Positions 42,993 through 52,252 of a stretch of DNA of 64,000 nucleotides are shown piece by piece. The translations under genes were made by a program, and so were the position numbers. The notes beneath the pieces were generated by a model, which made no database searches, had not been told where the DNA came from, and saw only the letters and a list, made by a program, of their open reading frames with translations. How positions within the stretch are numbered: the first letter of the stretch is position 1; each line of letters begins with the position of its first letter. This DNA comes from a virus (Duplodnaviria; Caudoviricetes): the IMG/VR virus record IMGVR_UViG_3300032007_000058, positions 21,941 through 85,940 of that record; one strand, given 5' to 3'.

Positions 42993-44681
42993 ATGGGCGA
43001 CGAGTTGAACTTCCCCGGCGGGCGGGCCTTCGTGGTGAAGGCGGGGGATGGCAAAGCCCCTGTCAGCATGAAGATGGAGCAGGACCCCTTTGCCGCATAC
43101 TATGGCGATGGGATACTTGAGCCCCCCTACGATCTGGGCTATCTGGCGCGTCTGCCTGAATGCTCCAATATCCTCTCTCAGTGTGTCGAGGCGATGGAAG
43201 TGAATATCGACGGTTTTGGGTTCGGGCTGGATCCTATCGGCGGGGCTGATCCGGAAGGTGACGGAGTACCGATCGAAGCCGCCGAGGCAGAGCGCAAGGC
43301 CATCCTGCACTTCTTCGAGTTTTGTAATCCCGACATGCCCTACTCGCAGCTCCGCCGCAGGGTGAGGCGCGACCTAGAGACCTTGGGCAACGGCTATTGG
43401 GAGATCATACGGGACGGCAAGGGCGATATCGCCTGGATCGAACATATCGAAGGGCATACCATGCGCCTGACCCGCCTCGACGATGAGTATACGCCCGTCA
43501 CCCTCCTCATTAGAGACGACGAGAGCAATGAGCTGCGTCCTTATGAACACCGCAAGCGCTTCCGGCGCTTCGTCCAGATACGGGATGGGCTGAAGGTCTA
43601 TTTCAAGGAGTTCGGAGACCCGCGTCTCATCGACGCGCGGACGGGGCGCTTACGCGGCGAGGAGGAAGTGGGGGAGTTCACGCCCGCAACGGAGGTCATC
43701 CACTTCCGGTTCTACTCGCCCAGTTCCCCTTATGGCGTCCCCCGATGGATCGGGAACCTTCTGGCGGTCCTGGGCTCGCGTCAAGCCGAAGAGGTCAATT
43801 ATGAGTACTTCGAGAACAACACCATCCCCCCCCTGGCGCTGCTCGTTGCCGGGACGCTTGGGGAGAAAACGGTCGAGAGGATAGAGGATTTCATACATGA
43901 CCACATGCGGGGGCGTCAGAGCTTCAACAAGATGCTGGTCATCGAGGCTTCCCCCGCTGGGACCATCGTGCCCGGAATGACGGCTGCACCCAAGACGTCG
44001 ATCCAGTTCCAGCACCTCAGTGACGCGCAGCAGAAGGACAGCCTCTTTGACAATTACGACCGGACGAACAGGGAGAAGATACGCTCCTCCTTCCGGCTCC
44101 CGCCGATCTTCGTCGGCTTGACCAGCGACTACACGCGGGCGACGGCGCGGGAATCCCGCGAGGTAGCAGAGGAGCAGGTCTTCGCCCCAGAACGCGGAGA
44201 CCACGATTTTATCATCAACCGTGTGCTATTCCCGGCGATGGGGGTGCGGTACTGGAAGTATCGCAGCCTTGCCCCTACGTCGAACGACTCGGAGATCATG
44301 GCGGGCGTACTGGACTCCTTCTGCCGCTGTGGGATGACGGTCCGCGAGGCACGGGACGAGATATCCCGTCTGCTCAACAGGCCATTAACGACGCCCGAGG
44401 GGGAGGAGCCGGAATGGCTGGACCTGCCCATGTCCATCTACCTCGCTCAGCTCCAGCACGGAGGGGGAGAGGGCGAGCCGGGGCCGCAGGGCGAGCTGAT
44501 CCAGAAGGGGGCTCCCGACAGGGAAGCGCTTTTTTTGCGGGCTTTGACCGGGATCGAGAAGGCATTGGAGGAGGAGCACGAGCATGGCGACGATACTGAC
44601 GAGCCTGACCCCAGCGGCACGGCGAGAGGCCTGGCTGAGGCTCGACCATATCCTCCACATGCTGCCCATAGCGAAGGCTAA
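42993..44681 (+). CDS. portal protein (PBSX-like)
   Basis: GNGYWEIIRD, FKEFGD, EVIHF, YGVPRW, FRLPPIFVG. Confidence 0.9.
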   Translation: MGDELNFPGGRAFVVKAGDGKAPVSMKMEQDPFAAYYGDGILEPPYDLGYLARLPECSNILSQCVEAMEVNIDGFGFGLDPIGGADPEGDGVPIEAAEAERKAILHFFEFCNPDMPYSQLRRRVRRDLETLGNGYWEIIRDGKGDIAWIEHIEGHTMRLTRLDDEYTPVTLLIRDDESNELRPYEHRKRFRRFVQIRDGLKVYFKEFGDPRLIDARTGRLRGEEEVGEFTPATEVIHFRFYSPSSPYGVPRWIGNLLAVLGSRQAEEVNYEYFENNTIPPLALLVAGTLGEKTVERIEDFIHDHMRGRQSFNKMLVIEASPAGTIVPGMTAAPKTSIQFQHLSDAQQKDSLFDNYDRTNREKIRSSFRLPPIFVGLTSDYTRATARESREVAEEQVFAPERGDHDFIINRVLFPAMGVRYWKYRSLAPTSNDSEIMAGVLDSFCRCGMTVREARDEISRLLNRPLTTPEGEEPEWLDLPMSIYLAQLQHGGGEGEPGPQGELIQKGAPDREALFLRALTGIEKALEEEHEHGDDTDEPDPSGTARGLAEARPYPPHAAHSEG

Positions 44682-46041
44682 GGGTAAGACGCGGGAAAAG
44701 TTTCTCGGGATGGAGCGTGACCTTGCCCGAGATCTGCTCAGGCTATGGCTCGATACCTGCGCCAAGGCGCTGAAGGGGATATTCCAGGACATCCCCGACT
44801 TCACCTCCAAGGAGGCGATGGAGCTCCTTCAGCAGTCCCTTGCGGACCTCCTCGGCCCGGCCTTCGGCAGCTCGCCGGAGGCGCAGGGAGTCATGAAATG
44901 GGGCGTCCAACGCGCCTACCGCGCTGCAAAGTCTCAGTTCATCATGCCGGTCCCAGAGAAGGGGAAAGCGTCGCCCCCCCTCTCCCTGCCCGACCATCGG
45001 GCCATCAGTGTACTGACGCGGCATAACTGCTTCTGGCTGGGGGAGCGGTACGGCAAGGCCATCCGGCCAAAGATCGCCAAGCTCGCTCAGGAGGCCCTGG
45101 ATGAAGGCCTGGGGCGGGATCAACTGGCCGAATTATTAAGAAGGGGGCTAGGCGAAGCTGCGCCAGGAGGGTATACTTATTGGGATGTCGTAGCTTCGTC
45201 GGCTATCGTCCGTGCCCGCTCCTTCGGGACGGTCTCCGGCATGGAGGAGGCCGGGATCACGGAGTACGAGATCCTGGCCATGGGCGATGAGCGCATGTGC
45301 CCGATTTGCGGGGCTTTGAATGGCACAGTATTCAGCGTGGCAGAGACCCGAAAAGTGGTTAATAAGGCGCTAGATATTACCGACCCCAAGAAGTTTAAGG
45401 AGACTATGCCGTGGCATAAGGGCTCGCCTCTTGGGCAGTCCATATCCAGACTTACGGCAAATGGGCAGAGCCTTCCGCCTTTTCACGGACGCTGCCGCTG
45501 TACGATGGTCGTGGCAAGCGAGAGCTCGATCGAGCAATACGGCAACACGATTGAAGAAAGAGCCCTGCATATCAACGAGTTCAATAAGGCGCAGAAAATA
45601 CAGTTGTTATCTGAGCTTGCCGATATCAGGGGAGTAAGCTATACTAAAGATAAGCTGAGGTCTGGGGAGGATATCTATAAGGATGATGGTGGATATTTCA
45701 TCTATCCTCTCAATAATGGCTTTGCTGGGGAGATAAGAGAGACTGTCCTCCGTCCACGCCATAACGGAGAAGCGGTACTAATTGACCTGATTGACAGGTA
45801 TGGAGATATAGGCGGGCGCTATTTTTCCCCCGCCGGTACACCAATTGAGAAAAGGGCTTTACCTAGTATATCGCGAAAGGAATCTTTGTATCACAAGTAT
45901 AGGGTTTTGGCCCCATTGCGGGTCAAAATGGGGATCGTCGCCGGATGGTTTGAACAACCTGGGGGTGGCATCCAGTACATGACAGAAAAGATCGTAAGGG
46001 AATTATTGGCTGATGGGGATTTAGAGGAGGTATCCGAGTAA
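44584..46041 (+). CDS. MuF head morphogenesis protein fused to a C-terminal TNT (NAD+ glycohydrolase) toxin domain
   Basis: MuF CPICG...PPFHGRCRC, then YP.NNGF, IDRYG..GGRYFSPAGTP.EKRALP, WFEQPGGGIQY; AT-richer after ~45510. Confidence 0.88.
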   Translation: MATILTSLTPAARREAWLRLDHILHMLPIAKAKGKTREKFLGMERDLARDLLRLWLDTCAKALKGIFQDIPDFTSKEAMELLQQSLADLLGPAFGSSPEAQGVMKWGVQRAYRAAKSQFIMPVPEKGKASPPLSLPDHRAISVLTRHNCFWLGERYGKAIRPKIAKLAQEALDEGLGRDQLAELLRRGLGEAAPGGYTYWDVVASSAIVRARSFGTVSGMEEAGITEYEILAMGDERMCPICGALNGTVFSVAETRKVVNKALDITDPKKFKETMPWHKGSPLGQSISRLTANGQSLPPFHGRCRCTMVVASESSIEQYGNTIEERALHINEFNKAQKIQLLSELADIRGVSYTKDKLRSGEDIYKDDGGYFIYPLNNGFAGEIRETVLRPRHNGEAVLIDLIDRYGDIGGRYFSPAGTPIEKRALPSISRKESLYHKYRVLAPLRVKMGIVAGWFEQPGGGIQYMTEKIVRELLADGDLEEVSE

Positions 46042-46346
46042 TGGGGTATGTCCAGAGGCTTGCGGAAATAGCAGTGAAAGAACTTGGGGATAGGCATCTT
46101 TACTGCATCAGCGATGAAAATGATAATATTATCGCCGGGAATGGGGCTTGTGAGTGCTATTTACGACCGGCAAGAACTGGTGGTTGGCACGCTGTCATTC
46201 AAGAGTTCGGGCGCGGTACTATCTATGAGGATCACCAACTTAACACCGAGCGCGAGGCCTGCGTCAAGTTCATCGAGATGACCGAGGAATATTATCACCT
46301 GAGCAACTATCTCAGCGAGTTTGAGGAGCCGAGGAAGACGGCATAA
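46041..46346 (+). CDS. putative immunity protein for the TNT domain
   Basis: TAATG-coupled small acidic ORF; W..V..E.GRG...EREAC pattern seen in TNT-linked immunity proteins. Confidence 0.7.
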   Translation: MGYVQRLAEIAVKELGDRHLYCISDENDNIIAGNGACECYLRPARTGGWHAVIQEFGRGTIYEDHQLNTEREACVKFIEMTEEYYHLSNYLSEFEEPRKTA

Positions 46347-46436
46347 CAGTAATCCCCACGCGGTGGCTACTATAGGCTCTAAGCATTGAGTATCTACCTT
46401 GTACTATAATCTACTGGCGATGGGGGGGGAGAGAGT

Positions 46437-46970
46437 ATGCCAAACTGTTTGCAAAAGTTTATTTACAACGCTTCTTTAGCATCTCCTTTATTGCTTAGTA
46501 TCGCGCTTGTTTGGTGCTTTCACGAGAAAACTTATTTTGTTCCGATATTATGTGGTGGTATAGCTGCTCTCCTCGTGGGGACCATGTTAGTGTCATTTTT
46601 ATATGCGAAGAAACATTTGGCGCCGATAAAAATACAAGTGGCGAATATTTCTCCCTATGACGGTTGGATTCCAATGTGTACTATTTGCTACATACTTCCA
46701 TTTTTCGCTATAATGAAGGAGAATGGTATAGTAGGCCCCCTGATTTTGGGAGTTATATTCGTGTTTATGGCACTTTACGTTAATACCCCTGCCCCAAATA
46801 TAATTTTGGCTTGTATGAAGTATCATTTTTACTCAGCGAATACGGAAAATGGGATTACGGGGTATCTCGTCATCAGTAAACGCAAATTAAGAAAAAAACA
46901 AGATTTAGCTTTGGTGAAGCGGATTTTTGAATTTCTATTATTGGACATAGAGGAGAAAAGCAATGTTTGA
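46437..46970 (+). CDS. KwaA-like four-TM membrane protein (Kiwa defence system)
   Basis: Four hydrophobic helices, CYILPF, PNIILACMKYHFY, YLVIS; strongly AT-rich; start of the next ORF overlaps its stop. Confidence 0.55.
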   Translation: MPNCLQKFIYNASLASPLLLSIALVWCFHEKTYFVPILCGGIAALLVGTMLVSFLYAKKHLAPIKIQVANISPYDGWIPMCTICYILPFFAIMKENGIVGPLILGVIFVFMALYVNTPAPNIILACMKYHFYSANTENGITGYLVISKRKLRKKQDLALVKRIFEFLLLDIEEKSNV

Positions 46971-47103
46971 AAATACTTCTGTTCTAATTATGACAGAATC
47001 AGGGAGTATTTCACGCCTTGAGATTGACGCAGCTACGCAAGTAGAGATATGCAATAGCTTTTCTGAAGCGAGAGATCGCCTTATTGCTGATAAAACAGAA
47101 TAA
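46963..47103 (+). pseudogene. truncated KwaB (DUF4868)-like fragment, 46 aa
   Basis: AGGAG RBS; MFENTSVLIMTESGSISRLEIDAATQVEICNSFSEARDRLIADKTE, then TAA. Confidence 0.45.
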
Positions 47104-47162
47104 GTATTATCATCTGGGGAAGTATCTTGATGAGTTTCGAGAGGGATAAGGTGGAATAGATG

Positions 47163-47188
47163 GAGAGCCCCCTGGTGGGGGCTCTTTT
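47163..47188 (+). terminator. rho-independent terminator closing the AT-rich insert
   Basis: GAGAGCCCC-loop-GGGGCTCT followed by TTT. Confidence 0.7.
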
Positions 47189-47209
47189 GATAGCTTGGAG
47201 GTGCGTCCT

Positions 47210-47308
47210 ATGACGATTCTAGAGTTTATATGCCTGATCGTCATCCACGACCTTATCATCCTGTATGGTCTCATGCGTCACGATCAGGATGAGGACCGTT
47301 GTCGATAG
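47210..47308 (+). CDS. 32-aa hydrophobic peptide
   Basis: GGAGG RBS; MTILEFICLIVIHDLIILYGLMRHDQDEDRCR. Confidence 0.5.
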   Translation: MTILEFICLIVIHDLIILYGLMRHDQDEDRCR

Positions 47309-47343
47309 ACGTCAGTATCTACACAAGTGATGAGGTGGAGAAG

Positions 47344-47547
47344 ATGATAGCCTTGATATGTTCAGCGATCAGCGTAGCGGTGTCGCTCCTCTCTTTAGTG
47401 CTGGTATTCGTCGCCGTTGCGCCTCAGTCGCCGATGATCGCCGCCGCCGGTATCATAGCGCTCGCGAACCTGGTGGTCCTATCCGCAGTGCCTACTTACG
47501 TCGTTTGGCGAGAAGTGTCTAAAGGGCTAAGGGAGGAAGAGCGTTGA
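47344..47547 (+). CDS. small two-TM protein
   Basis: GAGGTGGAG RBS; two long hydrophobic runs and a charged tail. Confidence 0.6.
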   Translation: MIALICSAISVAVSLLSLVLVFVAVAPQSPMIAAAGIIALANLVVLSAVPTYVVWREVSKGLREEER

Positions 47548-47590
47548 CCGGGCATCCCCCTTTGCCTGTTCGATTTTTTGGTGGGAAGGG

Positions 47591-47809
47591 ATGGCAATGA
47601 AAGTATTATTTATAACGTCGGCGGTATTATTGTTAAGCTGCATTCAGCCAGCGATGGTATTCCATTTGGCTTATACATGGTTCGAGCCGCATGATTTTCG
47701 CTGGTGGTTCATGGTGGTCCCGGCGGTCCAGCTCTTTCTTCTGGGGCCGATCATCAGCCTTGTCGTCTGTTATTCATTTTTCTTGACGTGGATCAGAGAG
47801 ATATCATGA
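47591..47809 (+). CDS. small two-TM protein
   Basis: GGGAAGG RBS; two hydrophobic runs. Confidence 0.55.
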   Translation: MAMKVLFITSAVLLLSCIQPAMVFHLAYTWFEPHDFRWWFMVVPAVQLFLLGPIISLVVCYSFFLTWIREIS

Positions 47810-47966
47810 CTGTGACTGACGAGATGCAGGAAGAACGTCTGCTGAAACGCAATGGAGAGGGGTATAGCCTCACAGAGCAGGGCGTTGAAAAACTGTCCGA
47901 GGGAGTATCTGGATGACTTTGAGGAGAAATAGATAGCGTAAATGAGAGATGGGGGGGGGTGAAGGG

Positions 47967-48473
47967 ATGTTTGCCGACGCATTTGATATCTATATGAGTC
48001 CTGGGGAGTTGAGAAAGATGGCGGGGCAAACGGTCCCCCCATTCGATTCCTTGAAGATCGCAAATATGATGGATATCGAAGTCTTTACCACGAACTTTGG
48101 GGCAGAAGATGGTGAGGATGTATCAGGCAGTGTCATTATCGAGGATGAAAGGCCTGTCATCTATGTGGCAAAGAGGCATCCAAGGGTGCGTCAGAGGTTC
48201 ACGATCGCCCATGAGCTAGGGCACGTAGCGTTGGGGCATCTCGATGGCCGTGATGGAGAGCTTATCGACGACGCAAAGCGGATACGTTCGGTAATGTGGA
48301 ACAAGGAGGAGCGCGAGGCTAATGCCTTTGCGATGGAGCTCCTTATGCCCATTTGGGGGGTCAGGGAAGCAATAGCTGCTGGTATCAGAACGATCGATGA
48401 GTTGTCTATACTGTTCGATGTATCCCAGCAGGCCATGTCTATCAGGATCGAGCGCTTGAGGAGCAGATATTGA
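47967..48473 (+). CDS. ImmA/IrrE-family metallopeptidase
   Basis: RQRFTIAHELGH (HEXXH), EREANAFAMELLMP. Confidence 0.9.
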   Translation: MFADAFDIYMSPGELRKMAGQTVPPFDSLKIANMMDIEVFTTNFGAEDGEDVSGSVIIEDERPVIYVAKRHPRVRQRFTIAHELGHVALGHLDGRDGELIDDAKRIRSVMWNKEEREANAFAMELLMPIWGVREAIAAGIRTIDELSILFDVSQQAMSIRIERLRSRY

Positions 48474-48573
48474 TCATGGATGGGAGACCCCGAAAGGGGA
48501 CGCCGACCGATCTAGAGCCTTGATAGACGGATCTTGCAAGCCGTTGAGAAACTGTCTGAAAGCGAAAGGATGC

Positions 48574-48597
48574 CTGAGAGGGCGTCCTTTTTTTATG
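48574..48597 (+). terminator. rho-independent terminator
   Basis: AAAGGATGCC-loop-GGCGTCCTTT followed by a T run. Confidence 0.65.
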
Positions 48598-48713
48598 ATG
48601 AGAAGGAGAAGTGACATGCCGGGTATCATAAAGCTGATGTGCGAGGCATATCAGAGGGTATTCCCGAATAATGCCATGGAGCCCAGCGGCGGCGATCACA
48701 CCAGGGGGCATAC

Positions 48714-49094
48714 ATGGAGCTGACCTTGGAGCAGTTGCAGGGGCTCTGCCGGGAATGGCAGGAGCGGCTTGGGCTGGGGCACTGGGAAATTGGGCTGTCG
48801 ATCACAAGGGCTCAGAGTATGCCGAAAAAGGATGTCACGGCGGCGATCAACTTTGATATCACAAATGAGTATGCGCTCATCGATATCCTTGACCCAATAG
48901 ATCAGCCTAAGGGGCCATTCGAGCAGGATATGGAGGTAAGCCTCGTCCATGAGCTCCTACATATCCCGATGCGTTATATCGTGGATCCCGTTGACGACAC
49001 ATTAGAGGACATACTCATGGAGGCGTTCATCAACCGGCTGGCCCGCGTCCTGGTAAGGCTGAAGCGGGAAGGGGCGAAGGATGAGCGGGCTTAG
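48714..49094 (+). CDS. HEXXH-containing phage protein
   Basis: WQERLGLGHWEI, SLVHELLH. Confidence 0.75.
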   Translation: MELTLEQLQGLCREWQERLGLGHWEIGLSITRAQSMPKKDVTAAINFDITNEYALIDILDPIDQPKGPFEQDMEVSLVHELLHIPMRYIVDPVDDTLEDILMEAFINRLARVLVRLKREGAKDERA

Positions 49095-49112
49095 ACGAAA
49101 GGAGAGATACAT

Positions 49113-49424
49113 ATGATCGTGCGAGCGGATGGCAGAGAGACGGTATCCGAGCGGATGATGAAGTTGAGCGGGAAAGCGCGGCTGTTGGCCTGCGAGGTGG
49201 TCGTGGACATCCTCAAACGTGTCAGGGGCGGGGCCGCTACCGAGGGCGATAGGGAGGTCCTGGCTATCCTGTGGGATGGCGTCAGGCGGGAGACATACGA
49301 CATGGGGGACGCGGCGGAAGATCTCGATGAGACCTACGAGCCCGACGCCCCCGACGAGGCGGAGCTCAGGGAGGCCGTCGAGCGCCTGGGGGACGCGCTG
49401 GGGAAGGTATTGAGCGATGGATAG
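49113..49424 (+). CDS. acidic hypothetical protein
   Basis: AAAGGAG RBS. Confidence 0.6.
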   Translation: MIVRADGRETVSERMMKLSGKARLLACEVVVDILKRVRGGAATEGDREVLAILWDGVRRETYDMGDAAEDLDETYEPDAPDEAELREAVERLGDALGKVLSDG

Positions 49425-49638
49425 CGATGTCCAGGAGAAGGCGGAGGCGCTGAAGCGGGCGTTAGGCGATCCGCCGTGGCTCCAGAGCATCGGCGTCGGG
49501 GAGCTCGGGGGGGACCCCGCGATCTTCGTGTACGTCAGCGGACGGATGCCGAAAGGGGCTATCCCGGAGTTCTGGCGCGGCGTGAGCGTTTGGCCGAGGC
49601 GGATCGGGAATACCCGGCCTGCTGGGGAGGAGGCATAG
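49417..49638 (+). CDS. hypothetical protein
   Basis: Start overlaps the upstream stop; GGGAAGG RBS. Confidence 0.55.
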   Translation: MDSDVQEKAEALKRALGDPPWLQSIGVGELGGDPAIFVYVSGRMPKGAIPEFWRGVSVWPRRIGNTRPAGEEA

Positions 49639-49673
49639 CTATGTCTAGAAAGAGCGGGAGGAGATGATCATAT

Positions 49674-50060
49674 TTGGTGAAGGTGACGACGGAACACATC
49701 GTTGAGTTCAAGAAGTCCGACGACGTGAAGCAGATCGTCTACGGCGAGGTCTACAAGCCCGACTGCCGCGATAGCGACGGCAACTGGATGAGCCGCGAGA
49801 CCATCGAGAAGATGGCCCACGAGTTTATGGAGGGGCTGCGCAATACGCGGATTAACAAGGGGCACGCAGGGCCGAAGGACAAAGGGGCGGTGGTGGAATC
49901 CTTCATCGCCAGGGATAGCGACCCGGACTATGCGCCGGGCTCCTGGGTGGTGGGCGTCCACGTGCCGGATAAGGAGGTCTGGAAGCAGGTGACCGACGGT
50001 ATCTTGACCGGGTTCTCCATCGAGGGCACGGCGACTTTGATCGAGGAGGGGAGCGCATGA
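49674..50060 (+). CDS. XkdF-like prohead serine protease
   Basis: IVYGEVYKP..RDSDG, AHEFM, VVESFIA, GSW, TGFSIEG. Confidence 0.85.
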   Translation: MVKVTTEHIVEFKKSDDVKQIVYGEVYKPDCRDSDGNWMSRETIEKMAHEFMEGLRNTRINKGHAGPKDKGAVVESFIARDSDPDYAPGSWVVGVHVPDKEVWKQVTDGILTGFSIEGTATLIEEGSA

Positions 50061-50995
50061 GCAGACCGGAAAGGCCCGGGGAGCTCCAGGATGTCACGGT
50101 GGATGCTATCAGCCTCGTGACGAAGGCAGCCAACGGGGAGCGTTTCAAGGTCTTCAAATCGGACAAGGGGGCAGAGCCCGAGCCCTCGACGAAGGCCGAT
50201 GAGAGGACGATGACGGATGAGCACAGCAGCACGGTCCCCGAGGACGTCCAGAAGAACGAGCGGGGGCTTTTAGATTCTATGCGGGCGGTCTTCAAGGCGC
50301 TCGTAGGGATCGACGGCGCTGACGTCCGGAAGGGCGACGTGGCGGACATCTACGCGGCGCAGGAGAAGGGGCGGAAGCTGAACGACGCCATCGAGGCCCT
50401 GTACAAGGGGCTTGGGCGCAGCCGATGGGGCGACGGTGACGATGGAGCGGAAACGAGCCTGGCGGCGATCAGGAAGGCTTTGTCGGACTTTCAGAAGATA
50501 GCGGAGGATATCCTGCTCGGCACTGATGAAGACGTGAAGAAGGCCGTCGCTGAGGTCGGTGTCGAGAAGTCTGGGCGCAAGATATCGGGGCCGAGGTTGG
50601 CGAGGCTCAAGGAGATGTACGCGATATTAGGTCACCTCATCGAGGAGACCGATCAGGAAGGAGATGTAGAGGAAGTGAACAAAGAGGACATCACGAAGGT
50701 CGTCAAGGAGAGCCTTGATGAGGCACTGAAGCCGATCTCCGAGCGGCTGGATAAGCTGGAGAAGGCGGAGGAGGAGGCCGCACCTGCGGCAGAGCCCCAG
50801 GACGGGGCGAAGGATACGGGGACGGATGCTGGGACGCCGGACGTCGGTGAGGTCGTGAAGGCCGCGTTAGAGGAGGCATTGGCCCCCTTTACCGCGCGTC
50901 TTGAGAAGGTGGAGAAGGCGCGGGGCTTTTCCAACAGGGTCCCCGAGGAAGCCGTCCAGAAGGACGACGACGGGTTCTGGGACGGGTTGTTCTAG
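50057..50995 (+). CDS. capsid scaffolding protein (XkdF C-terminal-like)
   Basis: ISLVTKAANG..F...K, GRKISG.RL, acidic coiled segments; between protease and capsid genes. Confidence 0.75.
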   Translation: MSRPERPGELQDVTVDAISLVTKAANGERFKVFKSDKGAEPEPSTKADERTMTDEHSSTVPEDVQKNERGLLDSMRAVFKALVGIDGADVRKGDVADIYAAQEKGRKLNDAIEALYKGLGRSRWGDGDDGAETSLAAIRKALSDFQKIAEDILLGTDEDVKKAVAEVGVEKSGRKISGPRLARLKEMYAILGHLIEETDQEGDVEEVNKEDITKVVKESLDEALKPISERLDKLEKAEEEAAPAAEPQDGAKDTGTDAGTPDVGEVVKAALEEALAPFTARLEKVEKARGFSNRVPEEAVQKDDDGFWDGLF

Positions 50996-51026
50996 CTCTG
51001 ACAGATGAGATAGGAGGGCGATAGAG

Positions 51027-51980
51027 ATGAGGAGCAACAGGCAGATGATGAAGGATGCCGTCACCACCGACGCGATCACGGGGACGGGGAAGGGGGGCCT
51101 CCTCAACCCGGAGCAGGCGAGGAAGTTCATCAGCTACATGACCGACGATACGGCGTTTCTGAAGGACACGCGGCTGGAGCGGATGGACACGTATGAGAAG
51201 CAGCTCGATTTCCTGCTGATCGGTAGCCGCCTTATCAGGAAGGCCACCGAGGGGCAGGCCCCCAGCGAGCTGGCCGGGGCCGAATTTCGGCGCAAAGAGC
51301 TTCGGTCCGTGAAGGTGCGCCTCGCCGCCGATATCACCACCGAGTTCGCCGAGGATAATATCGAGCGAAAAGAGGGGCAGGACCGGATCGCCCGGGAGCT
51401 GGCCCAGCAGTTTGGCAACGATCTCGCCGACCTGATGCTGAACGGGGATACTGCGGCTTCGGGGTCGGATGCCTCCTTCCTCACCATCGGCGATGGGATC
51501 ATCAAGCAGGCGAAGAGCAGCACGGAGACCCATAAGGTGAACACCACCGGGAAGACGGACTACAAGGGCGACATCTTCCCCGCGATGCTCTCCGCTATGC
51601 CCAACAAGTTCAAGCGCGATAGGGCGAACATGCGTTTCTACTGTTCCAGCACCGTCGCGGACGCCTACATCATGAGCCTCACCAGCCGCCTCACGGAGAT
51701 GGGTGATAACATCCTCGTCAACGGCAATCTGGTAAAGTTCCTGGGGATCCAGCTCTTCCCGGTGGAGTACATGCCGGATGACGTGATCATCCTGACGAAC
51801 CGGCTCAACCTCGTCAGCGGCGTCCAGCGCGACATGAAGGTCTACAGCCAGTTCAACCAGCGCAAGGACCTGACGGAGTACACCATGTACATGCGCCTGG
51901 ACCCCGGCAAGATCGTCTGGGATGACGCGCTCGTCATCGCCTATCCGGTCACGGCGGCGTCTGGGGGCGGCGGTGACTAG
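51027..51980 (+). CDS. major capsid protein (HK97 fold, XkdG-like)
   Basis: GGLLNPEQARKFI, FAEDNIE, QFGNDLADLMLNGD; position after the scaffold gene. Confidence 0.9.
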   Translation: MRSNRQMMKDAVTTDAITGTGKGGLLNPEQARKFISYMTDDTAFLKDTRLERMDTYEKQLDFLLIGSRLIRKATEGQAPSELAGAEFRRKELRSVKVRLAADITTEFAEDNIERKEGQDRIARELAQQFGNDLADLMLNGDTAASGSDASFLTIGDGIIKQAKSSTETHKVNTTGKTDYKGDIFPAMLSAMPNKFKRDRANMRFYCSSTVADAYIMSLTSRLTEMGDNILVNGNLVKFLGIQLFPVEYMPDDVIILTNRLNLVSGVQRDMKVYSQFNQRKDLTEYTMYMRLDPGKIVWDDALVIAYPVTAASGGGGD

Positions 51981-51982
51981 TC

Positions 51983-52249
51983 ATGGCACAGCCGGGACGC
52001 AGGAGGCGCGAGGAGGAGCCGCACCCCATACCTAACGAGGAGCTTACGGCAACCGATGAGGGCGCGGCGAAGGAGCCTGAGCCCATGACGGCCCCCACGA
52101 GGAAGAGCGTAACGCTCGTCCTCACGGGGGCCGGTTCATATACCGTCCCAGGCAGCCCCCTCGGGACGGTCCGCAAGGGGCAGCCCTTCGACGTGGACGA
52201 GGGGACGGCAAAGGAGCTCCTGGGGACGGGATTTTTCAAGGAGGCGTGA
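51983..52249 (+). CDS. small head-associated hypothetical protein
   Basis: Directly after the capsid gene; G.PF.V...AKELL..G.F motif. Confidence 0.65.
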   Translation: MAQPGRRRREEEPHPIPNEELTATDEGAAKEPEPMTAPTRKSVTLVLTGAGSYTVPGSPLGTVRKGQPFDVDEGTAKELLGTGFFKEA

Positions 52250-52252
52250 GCT

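Noticed and set aside
44584-44681. Functional meaning of the ~98-nt overlaps (portal/MuF and DpdA-like/methyltransferase at 39509-39606)
   Set aside because: The overlapping tails are low-information extensions beyond the conserved domains, and each downstream gene has its own RBS; likely incidental stop-codon drift
47210-47809. Holin/lysis cassette
   Set aside because: No endolysin is nearby or anywhere in the window; lysis genes probably lie beyond the right edge, so these TM ORFs are left unassigned
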